A DNA stretch of 64,000 bases. Source: an uncultured bacterium (lineage in GTDB: Bacteria; Omnitrophota; Omnitrophia; Omnitrophales; Aquincolibacteriaceae). Of the stretch, positions 46,880 to 55,488 are shown one piece after another. Below the pieces are notes generated by a model, which saw only the letters and a list, made by a program, of their open reading frames with translations, ran no database searches and had not been told where the DNA came from. The stretch covers positions 1,310-65,309 of the forward strand of contig CAYZYT010000012.1 in NCBI GenBank assembly GCA_964482725.1. The letters are read 5' to 3'. Positions within the stretch are counted from its first letter, which is position 1; every line of letters begins with the position of its first letter. Position numbers and translations under genes: made by a program.

Positions 46880-48625
46880 TTATTTAATGAACGTAATATT
46901 AATGTCCTCACGATGCGCCGTCGGCTCGGAGTAGATCGAAATGCGACTGCCGGTGTTCTTCTCCAGAAAACGCAGCGCCTTTTTTTCCTGCAGAAGCAAA
47001 CGTTCCGAGACATCCGGATGCACATACGCGTTCACAATACGGTCCCGGGAATCCTTCAGAGATTTACGCAGTTCCCGGATCACCTGGATCGCCATCGTAG
47101 CGGTCGATTTGATATTGCCCTTGCCCTCACAATACGGGCAGGTGTCATAGACCGCGCTTTCAAGCGACGGACGCATCCTCTGGCGCGTCATCTGGATCAA
47201 CCCGAGCTCGGAAACCTGCACCAGATGGGTCTTGGCGCGATCCTTGCTCACCGCCTCTTTAAAGATATTAAAGAGATTGCGACGGTGCTGTCCCTGCTCC
47301 ATATCGATAAAATCGATCACGATAATACCGCCAACGTCACGAAGCCGGAGCTGGCGCGCGATCTCCTGTGCGGCCTCAACGTTGTTCTTATACACCGTTT
47401 CCTCAAGCCCCTTGTTGTTCCCGGTAAATTTTCCGGTATTCACGTCGATCGCCACGAGGCTTTCGGTCTGCTCGATCACGACCGATCCTCCCGACTTCAG
47501 GTGGACATTCTTCTGAAACGTCCGCTCGATCTCTTTTTCGATGCCGTGACGTTCAAAGAGACTTCCCTTTTCCTTCGCGAACTCGATATTCAGGTCCTGC
47601 CCCGGCATATACACGGAAGTGAACCTCTTGAGTTTCTTGAAGATCTCGGGATGATCCACCACGATCTTGGTGGTTTCCTCGTTCACGTAATCGCGGACCA
47701 CGCGCTCCACCAGACCGAGCTCCTGGTGGATCATGACCGGGGCTTTCTTGGCGGAAATCATGCCGTGGATCTTTTTCCAAAGTCGTATGAGATAGCGGAT
47801 ATCACGCGTAAAATCCGCGTCACTTTTCCCTTCGGCATTCGTACGCACAATGAAGCCCACGCCTTTGGGGATCTCCAAGCTGCGAAAAATTCCACGGATA
47901 CGGTCGCGCTCCGAACGGCTCTCCACGCGTCGCGAAATACCGATCTTTGACTCGCCCGGCATCATCACAAGATAACGGGCCGGGATCGAGAATTGCGTCG
48001 TAAGGCGCGGCCCCTTGTTCCCAAGCGACTCTTTCACAACCTGCACAATAACTTTTTGACCCACTTTCAGGACCTCTTCGATCCTGGGTTTGCGCTGATG
48101 AGGCGTATGTTGATGCGAGGGCTGATTCCGACCGCCTTGGCGGCCACCTTGATGATGCCGTCCGCCGCGGCCTCGATCCCGCCCATGCCGTCCCTGACCT
48201 CGTCCTTGCCCATGAGGCTGCCCATGAACGGGCACGGCGGCTTGCGCATGTCCTGCGACCGGAGCGGCCACAGAGACCGAAGGCGGCGCTTGGATATTAC
48301 CTTCGATCACGACACCTTCGGGCGGCTTTACTTCCGTCACGGTTCCTTCTGTTTTCTTCTCCTCACCGTCATCGAATTCCGCGTCAAGATCCAGCGGTGA
48401 ACGGAGGGCGTCGCCGACATAAAGAAAACCATCTTTCCCGGTCCCGATATCCACGAATGCGGCATCGATCCCCGGGATCACGGTCTTCACGATCCCTTCG
48501 TAGATATTCCCAAAAAGCTTCTTCGAATCCCCTCGTTCGATATAGAATTCTTCCAGCCGGCCGTCTTCAAGAATGGCGACTTGTTTTTCGTTAGCGTCTT
48601 GTGAAATTAATATTTGTCTTTCCAT
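46880..48625 (-). CDS. rng: Ribonuclease E/G family endoribonuclease
   Basis: S1 domain (LFGNIYEGIVKTVIPGIDAAFVDIG) and DNase I-like catalytic core. Contains an Arg/Gly/His-rich insertion. Confidence 0.85.
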   Translation of the reverse strand: MERQILISQDANEKQVAILEDGRLEEFYIERGDSKKLFGNIYEGIVKTVIPGIDAAFVDIGTGKDGFLYVGDALRSPLDLDAEFDDGEEKKTEGTVTEVKPPEGVVIEGNIQAPPSVSVAAPVAGHAQAAVPVHGQPHGQGRGQGRHGRDRGRGGRHHQGGRQGGRNQPSHQHTPHQRKPRIEEVLKVGQKVIVQVVKESLGNKGPRLTTQFSIPARYLVMMPGESKIGISRRVESRSERDRIRGIFRSLEIPKGVGFIVRTNAEGKSDADFTRDIRYLIRLWKKIHGMISAKKAPVMIHQELGLVERVVRDYVNEETTKIVVDHPEIFKKLKRFTSVYMPGQDLNIEFAKEKGSLFERHGIEKEIERTFQKNVHLKSGGSVVIEQTESLVAIDVNTGKFTGNNKGLEETVYKNNVEAAQEIARQLRLRDVGGIIVIDFIDMEQGQHRRNLFNIFKEAVSKDRAKTHLVQVSELGLIQMTRQRMRPSLESAVYDTCPYCEGKGNIKSTATMAIQVIRELRKSLKDSRDRIVNAYVHPDVSERLLLQEKKALRFLEKNTGSRISIYSEPTAHREDINITFIK

Positions 48626-48662
48626 GACCTTCTCGATCCTTTCGTTTATTCCATTTAAATGC

Positions 48663-48772
48663 CGTCATTCTGAGTCTGCTGTCCCGCCGCTGGCGGGACA
48701 AGCATCAGGCGAAGAATCTCAAAGCGAGATCCTTCTTCCGCCCTCGGCGGAATCAGGATGACGCGGCTTTAT
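48663..48772. mobile_element. MITE/REP-like element, copy 5 (longest)
   Basis: ccgtcattctgagtc ... gaatcaggatgacgcgg, with an extra hairpin gtcccgccgctggcgggac and the inner palindrome gaagaatctcaaagcgagatccttc. Confidence 0.6.
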
Positions 48773-48941
48773 GTTAAGGCCCTCAATGAGAGCGTGTTTA
48801 TTTGCGGCGGAAACTGGGGAAGCGAGGCAGGCGTCAAGCTTGGGGAAAGAAAAAACATCACTTATTCCGAGGCGGAACTCTAACGAACTCTAAAGGCCTG
48901 TCGAGAGCCTTCCCAAAGAACCTAAAAAACCGAACTTCCTA

Positions 48942-50597
48942 TTAGGCCGGTTTGTCCTTGTTCGCGTTTTCCAAAACTACCGTCTTCTCAGAACCTTTCA
49001 GACCCGGAGCGGCATCCGCTGCAGCCGTTTTTTTCTGGGGCTGATCGTCTTGTGACTGATCTTTCTTCCCGTCAACTTTGGCACCCACAGGCTGTCCCTG
49101 CGTGTCCACCGTAGTAACTGTTACAAAAAAGAGCGTCTCAACTTTGGCGTTTTCTGGCGCCGTCTGTCGTTTGGAACGGAATAATTTCCCCACCAAGGGA
49201 ATATCCCCCAAATAAGGCACTTTGTTTTCGGTCGAACCCGATTTGTCGGTCAAGAGCCCGCCGATGGCGATCGTTTGTCCGCTTTCGATCAACACTTGTG
49301 TTTTTGCTTTGGTCGAAACAAAAGTAGGCGCTTCAATCTGATTCGTGCCGAAACTTTGGTTAGGTCCGACGTCACTCACTTCAGGAGTAAGATCCACCAG
49401 GATCTCATCCGCAGAATTGATATGCGGCGTCACATTCAAAACCACTCCGGTATCCCGATATTTAAAACCTGTAACCTCCATACTCCCCGTCTGTTCGTTC
49501 CTCTCAAAACTAGGAACGGGTATTTCCTTACCCACCTGAATCGTCGCCGTCTGATTATTCAAGACAACAATCCGGGGATTGGAAACCACCTTCGCATCGG
49601 TCCGGGTTTCCAAAAGTTGCAACATCGCCCTGAAACTTGAGAAATCCAGCGTCCCGTAGGAGAATCCTCCACCCGATACTTCTGCCGGCGGCAACGGAAA
49701 GCCTCGAGTGTCCCCGGGATTCGGATCCGTCGTACTCACCGTCGTTGAGGAGACTCCCTCTATGACCTCGGCCCCCGCACCCAGAACAGGGAAAAAGTTC
49801 CGATAACTGTTCCCCGAACCCTGCATAAACGGAAAGGATGTCGGCCTCGAGGCCCCTTTGGTAAGCCCCCCGGCAACATTCCAATCAATGCCAAGATTTT
49901 CCAAACTGGAAAGGTCTGTCCTGACGATCTTGGAATCGATAAAAGCTTGAGTTGTCTCTTTGTCGAGCTTTTTGATCACTTCTCCGATCCGATAAAGATT
50001 GGTCGGAATGTCGGTCACGACAAGCATATTGGTTCGCTCCGAAGATTTCACCTTGCCGCGCTCACTCATCATATCCATGATCGAGGCCTGGATCTCTTTG
50101 GCCTTGGAATAATTCAGGATAAAGGTCTTGGTCTCGACCGGCTCAAGTTTCATCTGGTCACGCGATGTCACACGAATGATGTTCCCATCACGTTCGAAAA
50201 CATAGTTGTAGGTTCTCAAGATCACATCGAGCGCTTTTTCCCAGGGGACATTATCCAAGCGCACGGTCACAAGGCCATTCACTTCCGGACCGGTCACGAT
50301 GTTGACATTACTTTTCATGCTCAGCACGCGGAGCACGCTCGTGATCTCCGCGTCCTTAAAATCCAAGCTGATCGTGTCATCCCCGGCCCCTGGCGCAGAC
50401 GGTACGACCCCAGTCACCGCAGGACTAGTCTGGGCAACCGCCGCCAAAGACTCTGGAGTGGGTTCAGAGCTGGAAGTCTTCTGTGCTGATGCGGACGTGA
50501 CGGGGTCTGCGGCAGAGACAACACCCGTCCCGCTCAAAAGACACAGCGTGACCACCCAGAGAATAAACTTGCAGGAGGATCGTTTCATAAAGTCCAT
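48942..50597 (-). CDS. pilQ: Type IV pilus secretin
   Basis: Signal peptide, N0/AMIN-like region and C-terminal secretin domain (...VPYLGDIPLVGKLFRS...). Confidence 0.85.
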   Translation of the reverse strand: MDFMKRSSCKFILWVVTLCLLSGTGVVSAADPVTSASAQKTSSSEPTPESLAAVAQTSPAVTGVVPSAPGAGDDTISLDFKDAEITSVLRVLSMKSNVNIVTGPEVNGLVTVRLDNVPWEKALDVILRTYNYVFERDGNIIRVTSRDQMKLEPVETKTFILNYSKAKEIQASIMDMMSERGKVKSSERTNMLVVTDIPTNLYRIGEVIKKLDKETTQAFIDSKIVRTDLSSLENLGIDWNVAGGLTKGASRPTSFPFMQGSGNSYRNFFPVLGAGAEVIEGVSSTTVSTTDPNPGDTRGFPLPPAEVSGGGFSYGTLDFSSFRAMLQLLETRTDAKVVSNPRIVVLNNQTATIQVGKEIPVPSFERNEQTGSMEVTGFKYRDTGVVLNVTPHINSADEILVDLTPEVSDVGPNQSFGTNQIEAPTFVSTKAKTQVLIESGQTIAIGGLLTDKSGSTENKVPYLGDIPLVGKLFRSKRQTAPENAKVETLFFVTVTTVDTQGQPVGAKVDGKKDQSQDDQPQKKTAAADAAPGLKGSEKTVVLENANKDKPA

Positions 50598-50612
50598 TGG
50601 AGCCGTATCATA

Positions 50613-50978
50613 TCACAAAACCTTTATTTTTTCCTCTTCCCTTATCCAAAGCGTCTTTTCTTCTCCAGCCACCGAGATCACGACATGATCTTTAAGGATC
50701 TTCACAACCGTCGCATCCCCCACGGCCTCACCCTTCAGATAAGTTTTTCCGTTGAGAATGGCCATCGATCTCTCTCCGGGGTCATAGATGATCCCCTCGA
50801 GCTTGACCCCCGAGGACCCCCCCGACATAGAAACATTTTCCTCCCCGGTAAGCGGCACAAAGGGATCCCGCCTTTTCCCGGAATCATAGACGATCTCTGA
50901 CGCGGCGAACGAACTCGACACTAAGATCAGCAACAGCACCCCGACGACCACGGGCTGGAACTTTTTATTTCTTAGCAT
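50613..50978 (-). CDS. pilP: Type IV pilus assembly protein PilP
   Basis: Small lipoprotein-like protein with an RDPFVPL motif. Sits between pilO and pilQ. Confidence 0.7.
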   Translation of the reverse strand: MLRNKKFQPVVVGVLLLILVSSSFAASEIVYDSGKRRDPFVPLTGEENVSMSGGSSGVKLEGIIYDPGERSMAILNGKTYLKGEAVGDATVVKILKDHVVISVAGEEKTLWIREEEKIKVL

Positions 50979-51633
50979 TTTTCGCCTTTGCTTTCTTCGC
51001 GGGCGCCGCAGCCTGCGGCGGAGCCTTCAAAATCGCCCAAAGCTTCAGCTCTGCAACTTCCCGGGCTGACGCTATTTCCGCGGGAACGATCGACAAACTT
51101 TGTATCCTCAAAAGCTTCCCGTGACCTTCAATGCGGCTCGCCAGAAGGCCCAAATCATGATACTCCCCCTGCACGGTAAATTCATAGCCACTCGGCTGAT
51201 ACTTCAAATTGTAGGGCGCTGGAAAAACGGCCTTTTCGGTCAGGGGCTTCGAGGCCAACATATCCACGCGCGACTCACTCGCCATCTTTGAAATCTGCCC
51301 CAGCAAAAGGCCCATACTCTCTTCTGTAAAAACGCGCTTCTCGGCGTCCTCGATCAGCGCACCAAAAATTTTTTGTTTTTCTTCCCAGCCCTGTCGCTTC
51401 TGACTCAGGGCCTTGACCTGGCGGATCTGGGCTTCCATGCTCTGGATATCACGCCGCAGTAAAGGGCGTTCGATCCACGCCGGAATGACCAGGAAAATAA
51501 CAACCCCCAGAAAACCCACCCCCGCGAACAGGAGAGTCACCCAGGTTTTTTTATCGACACTTTTCGCGAATGCTATAACATCGGCGAAAGTCCATTGTTT
51601 GAGTGGTTTCATGGCTTGGGGGTCACTCCCCAT
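50965..51633 (-). CDS. pilO: Type IV pilus assembly protein PilO
   Basis: Single TM segment plus coiled-coil plus periplasmic domain. Position in the pilMNOPQ operon. Confidence 0.7.
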   Translation of the reverse strand: MGSDPQAMKPLKQWTFADVIAFAKSVDKKTWVTLLFAGVGFLGVVIFLVIPAWIERPLLRRDIQSMEAQIRQVKALSQKRQGWEEKQKIFGALIEDAEKRVFTEESMGLLLGQISKMASESRVDMLASKPLTEKAVFPAPYNLKYQPSGYEFTVQGEYHDLGLLASRIEGHGKLLRIQSLSIVPAEIASAREVAELKLWAILKAPPQAAAPAKKAKAKNAKK

Positions 51634-52187
51634 TCAAGCTGGGCGACAAAAGCGGTCCCCCCTGTCTTTCCTTTGACTTCCTTGGAAGTGGTCAGCGCCA
51701 CCGAAGTTTGAGACGGCAGGGTTGCTTTCATTTTCTGAAAATATTCCTCGATCTGCTCAATGCCGGTCTGCGTGCGGGACGCCAACACCACCCCCTTCAA
51801 GATCAAACGGCATCCGGCTCCTTCCCTCTCGGCTTTGAGTTCCGTGAGCCATCCCTTCGGCGGCAGGAATTCACTCACCCTGTAAAGTATCTGAGTCATC
51901 GATTCTGTATTGAGCACGTTCTTTTCCAAAAAATCCTTTTCGCCCGTCATTTCAACTTCGATCTTGGTCTCCAGGGCCTTCAGCTGTGCCATGGAAGGAT
52001 TCAAATTCGACCATTCCTTCTGCACTCGCGTGTAAGCGGAACGGGCTCTAAGGTAGTCCCCATAGAAAAAAAACGTCATCAGAAGGAAAAGGACCCCGGC
52101 CAGAATCGCCAGGGGAATATACGGAATGCGCATCGCATTCGCTTTTTCTTTTCGGAGTTCCGGGGGCAAGAGATTGATCTTGATCAT
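51609..52187 (-). CDS. pilN: Type IV pilus assembly protein PilN
   Basis: MIKINLLP N-terminus, TM segment and coiled-coil. Confidence 0.8.
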   Translation of the reverse strand: MIKINLLPPELRKEKANAMRIPYIPLAILAGVLFLLMTFFFYGDYLRARSAYTRVQKEWSNLNPSMAQLKALETKIEVEMTGEKDFLEKNVLNTESMTQILYRVSEFLPPKGWLTELKAEREGAGCRLILKGVVLASRTQTGIEQIEEYFQKMKATLPSQTSVALTTSKEVKGKTGGTAFVAQLEWGVTPKP

Positions 52188-53281
52188 TCTTCGCGAAGCC
52201 CCAAACCCATCGCCACGGGCAAGAGCGCCCCATTATTCCCAAGAAGCTCAGGATCCACGCCAGGGGCCCATTTTAACTTCGGCAGGATGTCCATGGTCAA
52301 CACAGGGATCTGTAATCCTTCGCTCAGCGCCTTCAGGACCACGGGGTGAGACACCCCGCCGCTCAAGAAAAGCTTGTTGATCGGCTTCGATTGTCCCGAT
52401 TGATCATGGTAGTAGTCAAAGGAAACGCGAAGATCCCCAACCAATCCTTCAAGGCTTTCGGTGATCGCTTGCGTCTCCTCAGGCGTCGGAATTTCATTCT
52501 TTTCGAAAATTTTTTCGATCTTTTCATCGAGAAGGTTGGAACGGGTCTTCAGCCTTTTGCGAAGATCGATAGTCCCGTAAGAAATATCACGCACAAAACG
52601 AGGCTTGCCCTCGCGCACGATCCCCAGGGTCGAGATCTCGGTCCCGAGGTCTAAAAGACCCGCATGCCCCGAAAAATCTTCGGGATGGAAATATTCCAAC
52701 GCGGCCATCGCTGAAAGGATGCTGACATCCACCACCGCCACACGGCATTCCAGATTACGAAAGATCTCAAGCATGGGCTCCAGTTCCTGGCGCTTGATGA
52801 CGGTAAGCATCACTTCCATCTTTTCGCCATCCTCGGTCTTAAGGCTTTCCTCCACCACTCCGAAATCGAGCACCACGTCGCTCAGTTCAAACGGGATGTA
52901 TTGTTCGGCCTCGTATTTCATGGCACTCCTAAGATCTTCGATCTGCATCTTGGGAAAACGGACGAAACGGATCACAACCCCGTGTCCTTTGAGAGCCACG
53001 CGAACCCCGTCCTTCTGGAACTTTTTTCCATCCAGGAACGGTTTTAAAACCAAGGAAGGCTTCTGATCCGGGGAAGCATTCGTGATGATATCCAGATGAT
53101 GGATATAAAGATGGTCGGAACGCTTTTCAAGCTCCAGAAGCACCGTCCGCGAGAGGCCAAGATCACACACGGTGACTTTGGAAGCGACTGTTTTTTTCGG
53201 CAAGATCCCCGATAAAAAATTGCCCCAAAGACGGGAGAACGGCTCAATGATCGAAAAAGGCTTGCCAGGATCGTTATTCAT
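52184..53281 (-). CDS. pilM: Type IV pilus assembly ATPase-like protein PilM
   Basis: Actin-like/FtsA-fold protein, 365 aa. Confidence 0.85.
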   Translation of the reverse strand: MNNDPGKPFSIIEPFSRLWGNFLSGILPKKTVASKVTVCDLGLSRTVLLELEKRSDHLYIHHLDIITNASPDQKPSLVLKPFLDGKKFQKDGVRVALKGHGVVIRFVRFPKMQIEDLRSAMKYEAEQYIPFELSDVVLDFGVVEESLKTEDGEKMEVMLTVIKRQELEPMLEIFRNLECRVAVVDVSILSAMAALEYFHPEDFSGHAGLLDLGTEISTLGIVREGKPRFVRDISYGTIDLRKRLKTRSNLLDEKIEKIFEKNEIPTPEETQAITESLEGLVGDLRVSFDYYHDQSGQSKPINKLFLSGGVSHPVVLKALSEGLQIPVLTMDILPKLKWAPGVDPELLGNNGALLPVAMGLGLREE

Positions 53282-53366
53282 AAGTGAGACATTAGCAGAA
53301 AATCTTTAAGAAAAACAGTCCGAATTCCTCAATGCCTATCAATTTCAACAAGTTTAAAATTGGGCG

Positions 53367-53494
53367 GTCCCAATTCCTTTCAATCGAAGCAAAGCTGAGA
53401 TTGGGGCTGCCCTGGCTACCATTCAAAAAAAGAAGGGTAAAGTCAGGGCTGTCCCAATTCCTTTCAATCGAAGCAAAGCTGAGATTGGGGCTGC
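53367..53494. repeat. Two 45-bp direct repeats (period 83 bp) in the pilA-pilM intergenic / pilM promoter region
   Basis: g(g/t)cccaattcctttcaatcgaagcaaagctgagattggggctgcc at 53367-53411 and 53450-53494. Confidence 0.7.
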
Positions 53495-53498
53495 CAAA

Positions 53499-53537
53499 AA
53501 AAAACCCACCCTGCCTTTTACGGCAGGGTGGGCGAGA
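53499..53537 (-). terminator. Rho-independent terminator of pilA
   Basis: Minus-sense ctcgcccaccctgccgtaaaaggcagggtgggttttttttt. Confidence 0.8.
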
Positions 53538-53563
53538 AAACACAACTTCTCGTTCCTTATCGA

Positions 53564-54055
53564 TCAACCACCAATGGCCGCGCCACCCGTGCAACCGGCA
53601 CCGAGCGCTTGAGCCGTCGGCATCGACCCGTCAGTAGCTTTCCCATAAACGACACCCGCCTGGTCAATACAATAGTCGTTTTCAGAAGCTGACGTATGGG
53701 TCGCTAGCAAGGAATACGTACTCCGGTCAGCAGCAGCCGCTGGCGCAAGGTATTCCATGGTGAACCCATGCTTGATTCCGCCCTCTACCCACGAAGAGTC
53801 AAGATACGAGGGAGCATTCGCAGTCGCGGTCAACACAGCTATGGTCGCCGGATAAGCCGGAGGATTCTGTGCTGCGCGATAACTCTCAGCAGCTGAACTG
53901 AACGTCCTCAGATCCGACTTGACAGCACCTTCATTGGCGTTAATACGCGCACGCAGCAGATTGGGAATGGCGATAGCAGCCAAGAGCCCGATGATCGCAA
54001 CAACGATCATGATCTCCACAAGCGTGAAACCTTTTTTATTCAATTTGATAAACAT
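53564..54055 (-). CDS. pilA: Type IV major pilin
   Basis: Prepilin leader/cleavage and N-methylation site KKGFTLVEIMIVVAIIGLLAAIAIP. Confidence 0.9.
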   Translation of the reverse strand: MFIKLNKKGFTLVEIMIVVAIIGLLAAIAIPNLLRARINANEGAVKSDLRTFSSAAESYRAAQNPPAYPATIAVLTATANAPSYLDSSWVEGGIKHGFTMEYLAPAAAADRSTYSLLATHTSASENDYCIDQAGVVYGKATDGSMPTAQALGAGCTGGAAIGG

Positions 54056-54246
54056 GTTATTCCTCCTGTTTCTATGTTCGCCACTGCCTACTATCAGTTT
54101 AAACTACTTCCAATGATACGACAATACCCTTGATAACTAAACTAGTTTTTTTGTTATTCGAGCTATATATCTCATAACTTTAACAAACATTGGTGAGAAG
54201 CAGGATGTCGATTCCATGAGATTCTCTCTGAAAAAAGGCCGCTTTT

Positions 54247-55485
54247 CTATTTGATGGCCTGCGTCAGGGTCAGAATGGGGAGAAACAGAGCGATCACAAT
54301 TCCACCGATCACGATCCCCAAAAAACCAACAATAAGAGGCTCGATAAGGGAGGTAAGTCCGGAAACAGCCGTGTCCACCTGTGTGTCATAAAAATCCGCG
54401 ATCTTTGTGAGCATCGCTTCCAGCTCCCCGGTCTGCTCCCCGATCGCGATCATGCGAACCACCATGGAGGGAAAAACACCGCTCCTCTCGAGCGGACTGG
54501 AGAGACTTTCCCCACGCGTCACGGACACCATAAGGTCCGTGATGACTTTCTCGATGCGGGCATTGCCGGAGGTTTTTGAAACGATCTCCAACGCGGCGAG
54601 GATCGCCACGCCGCTACGCACGAGAGTCGAAAGCGTGCGCGCAAACTTACTGACCGCTACTTTCAAAATGATCGGACCAAAGATAGGCATGCGGAGCGTG
54701 AAGGTATCCCAAGGCAACCGCCCCACCGGAGTGCTGATAAATTTCCGAAAAACAAAGATACTCCCGCCCAGGACGGCGAGGATCCACCACCAGTGCGCCG
54801 CAAGATAATTGCTGACAGCGATCAGGATCCGGGTCGGCGCAGGCAGCTCCGCCCCCAGGCCTTGAAAGATCGTCGCGAATTGCGGAATCACGAAGGCAAG
54901 CATAAAGAATGTGATCCCGAAAGCCATGATCGACACGGCCATCGGATACATCACCGCGGCCTTCACCTTTTTTTGAAGCGCGCTGGACTTTTCAAAATAA
55001 TGGGCCACGCGGTCCAGGATCTCCTGCAACTTCCCGCTCATCTCCCCCGCGCGAACCATGTGAATAAAAAGCGCAGAAAAAACCTTGGGGTGCACCTGCA
55101 TGGCCTCAGAGAAACTCTTGCCGGTTTGCACGTCGCTATGCATCTGCCGGAGGGTCTGCCGGAATTTTTCTTTTTCCATTTGATCGGCCAAAATATCTAG
55201 GGCTTGGATTAAAGGGATCCCCGCCGCGACCAGCGTGGCCATCTGTCGTGAAAAAATCACGAGATCGTCCAGTTTGATCCTCCCGGATTTCCCGGGCTTG
55301 CCAGTCGCGGACGCTTTCTGAACGCTGAGCATGGAAGGGTTTTTCTTTTTCACTTCCTCCACGCGAACAACAAGATAGCCCTTCGTCTTCAGCTGGCGAA
55401 CAAGCTCCTGCGCGTCTTTGGCATCCTGAACGCCTTTGAGATCTTTCCCGGCTTTGTCTTTAACCCAGTATTCGAATGATGCCAT
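54247..55485 (-). CDS. pilC: Type IV pilus inner-membrane platform protein PilC
   Basis: Two T2SS-F domains, 412 aa. Confidence 0.9.
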   Translation of the reverse strand: MASFEYWVKDKAGKDLKGVQDAKDAQELVRQLKTKGYLVVRVEEVKKKNPSMLSVQKASATGKPGKSGRIKLDDLVIFSRQMATLVAAGIPLIQALDILADQMEKEKFRQTLRQMHSDVQTGKSFSEAMQVHPKVFSALFIHMVRAGEMSGKLQEILDRVAHYFEKSSALQKKVKAAVMYPMAVSIMAFGITFFMLAFVIPQFATIFQGLGAELPAPTRILIAVSNYLAAHWWWILAVLGGSIFVFRKFISTPVGRLPWDTFTLRMPIFGPIILKVAVSKFARTLSTLVRSGVAILAALEIVSKTSGNARIEKVITDLMVSVTRGESLSSPLERSGVFPSMVVRMIAIGEQTGELEAMLTKIADFYDTQVDTAVSGLTSLIEPLIVGFLGIVIGGIVIALFLPILTLTQAIK

Positions 55486-55488
55486 AGC

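Noticed and set aside
53367-53494. Possible mini-CRISPR array (two 45-bp repeats with a ~38-bp spacer) downstream of pilA
   Set aside because: There are only two repeats, and 45 bp is long for a CRISPR repeat. No cas genes or leader are nearby. The location in a promoter region favours a duplicated regulatory site.
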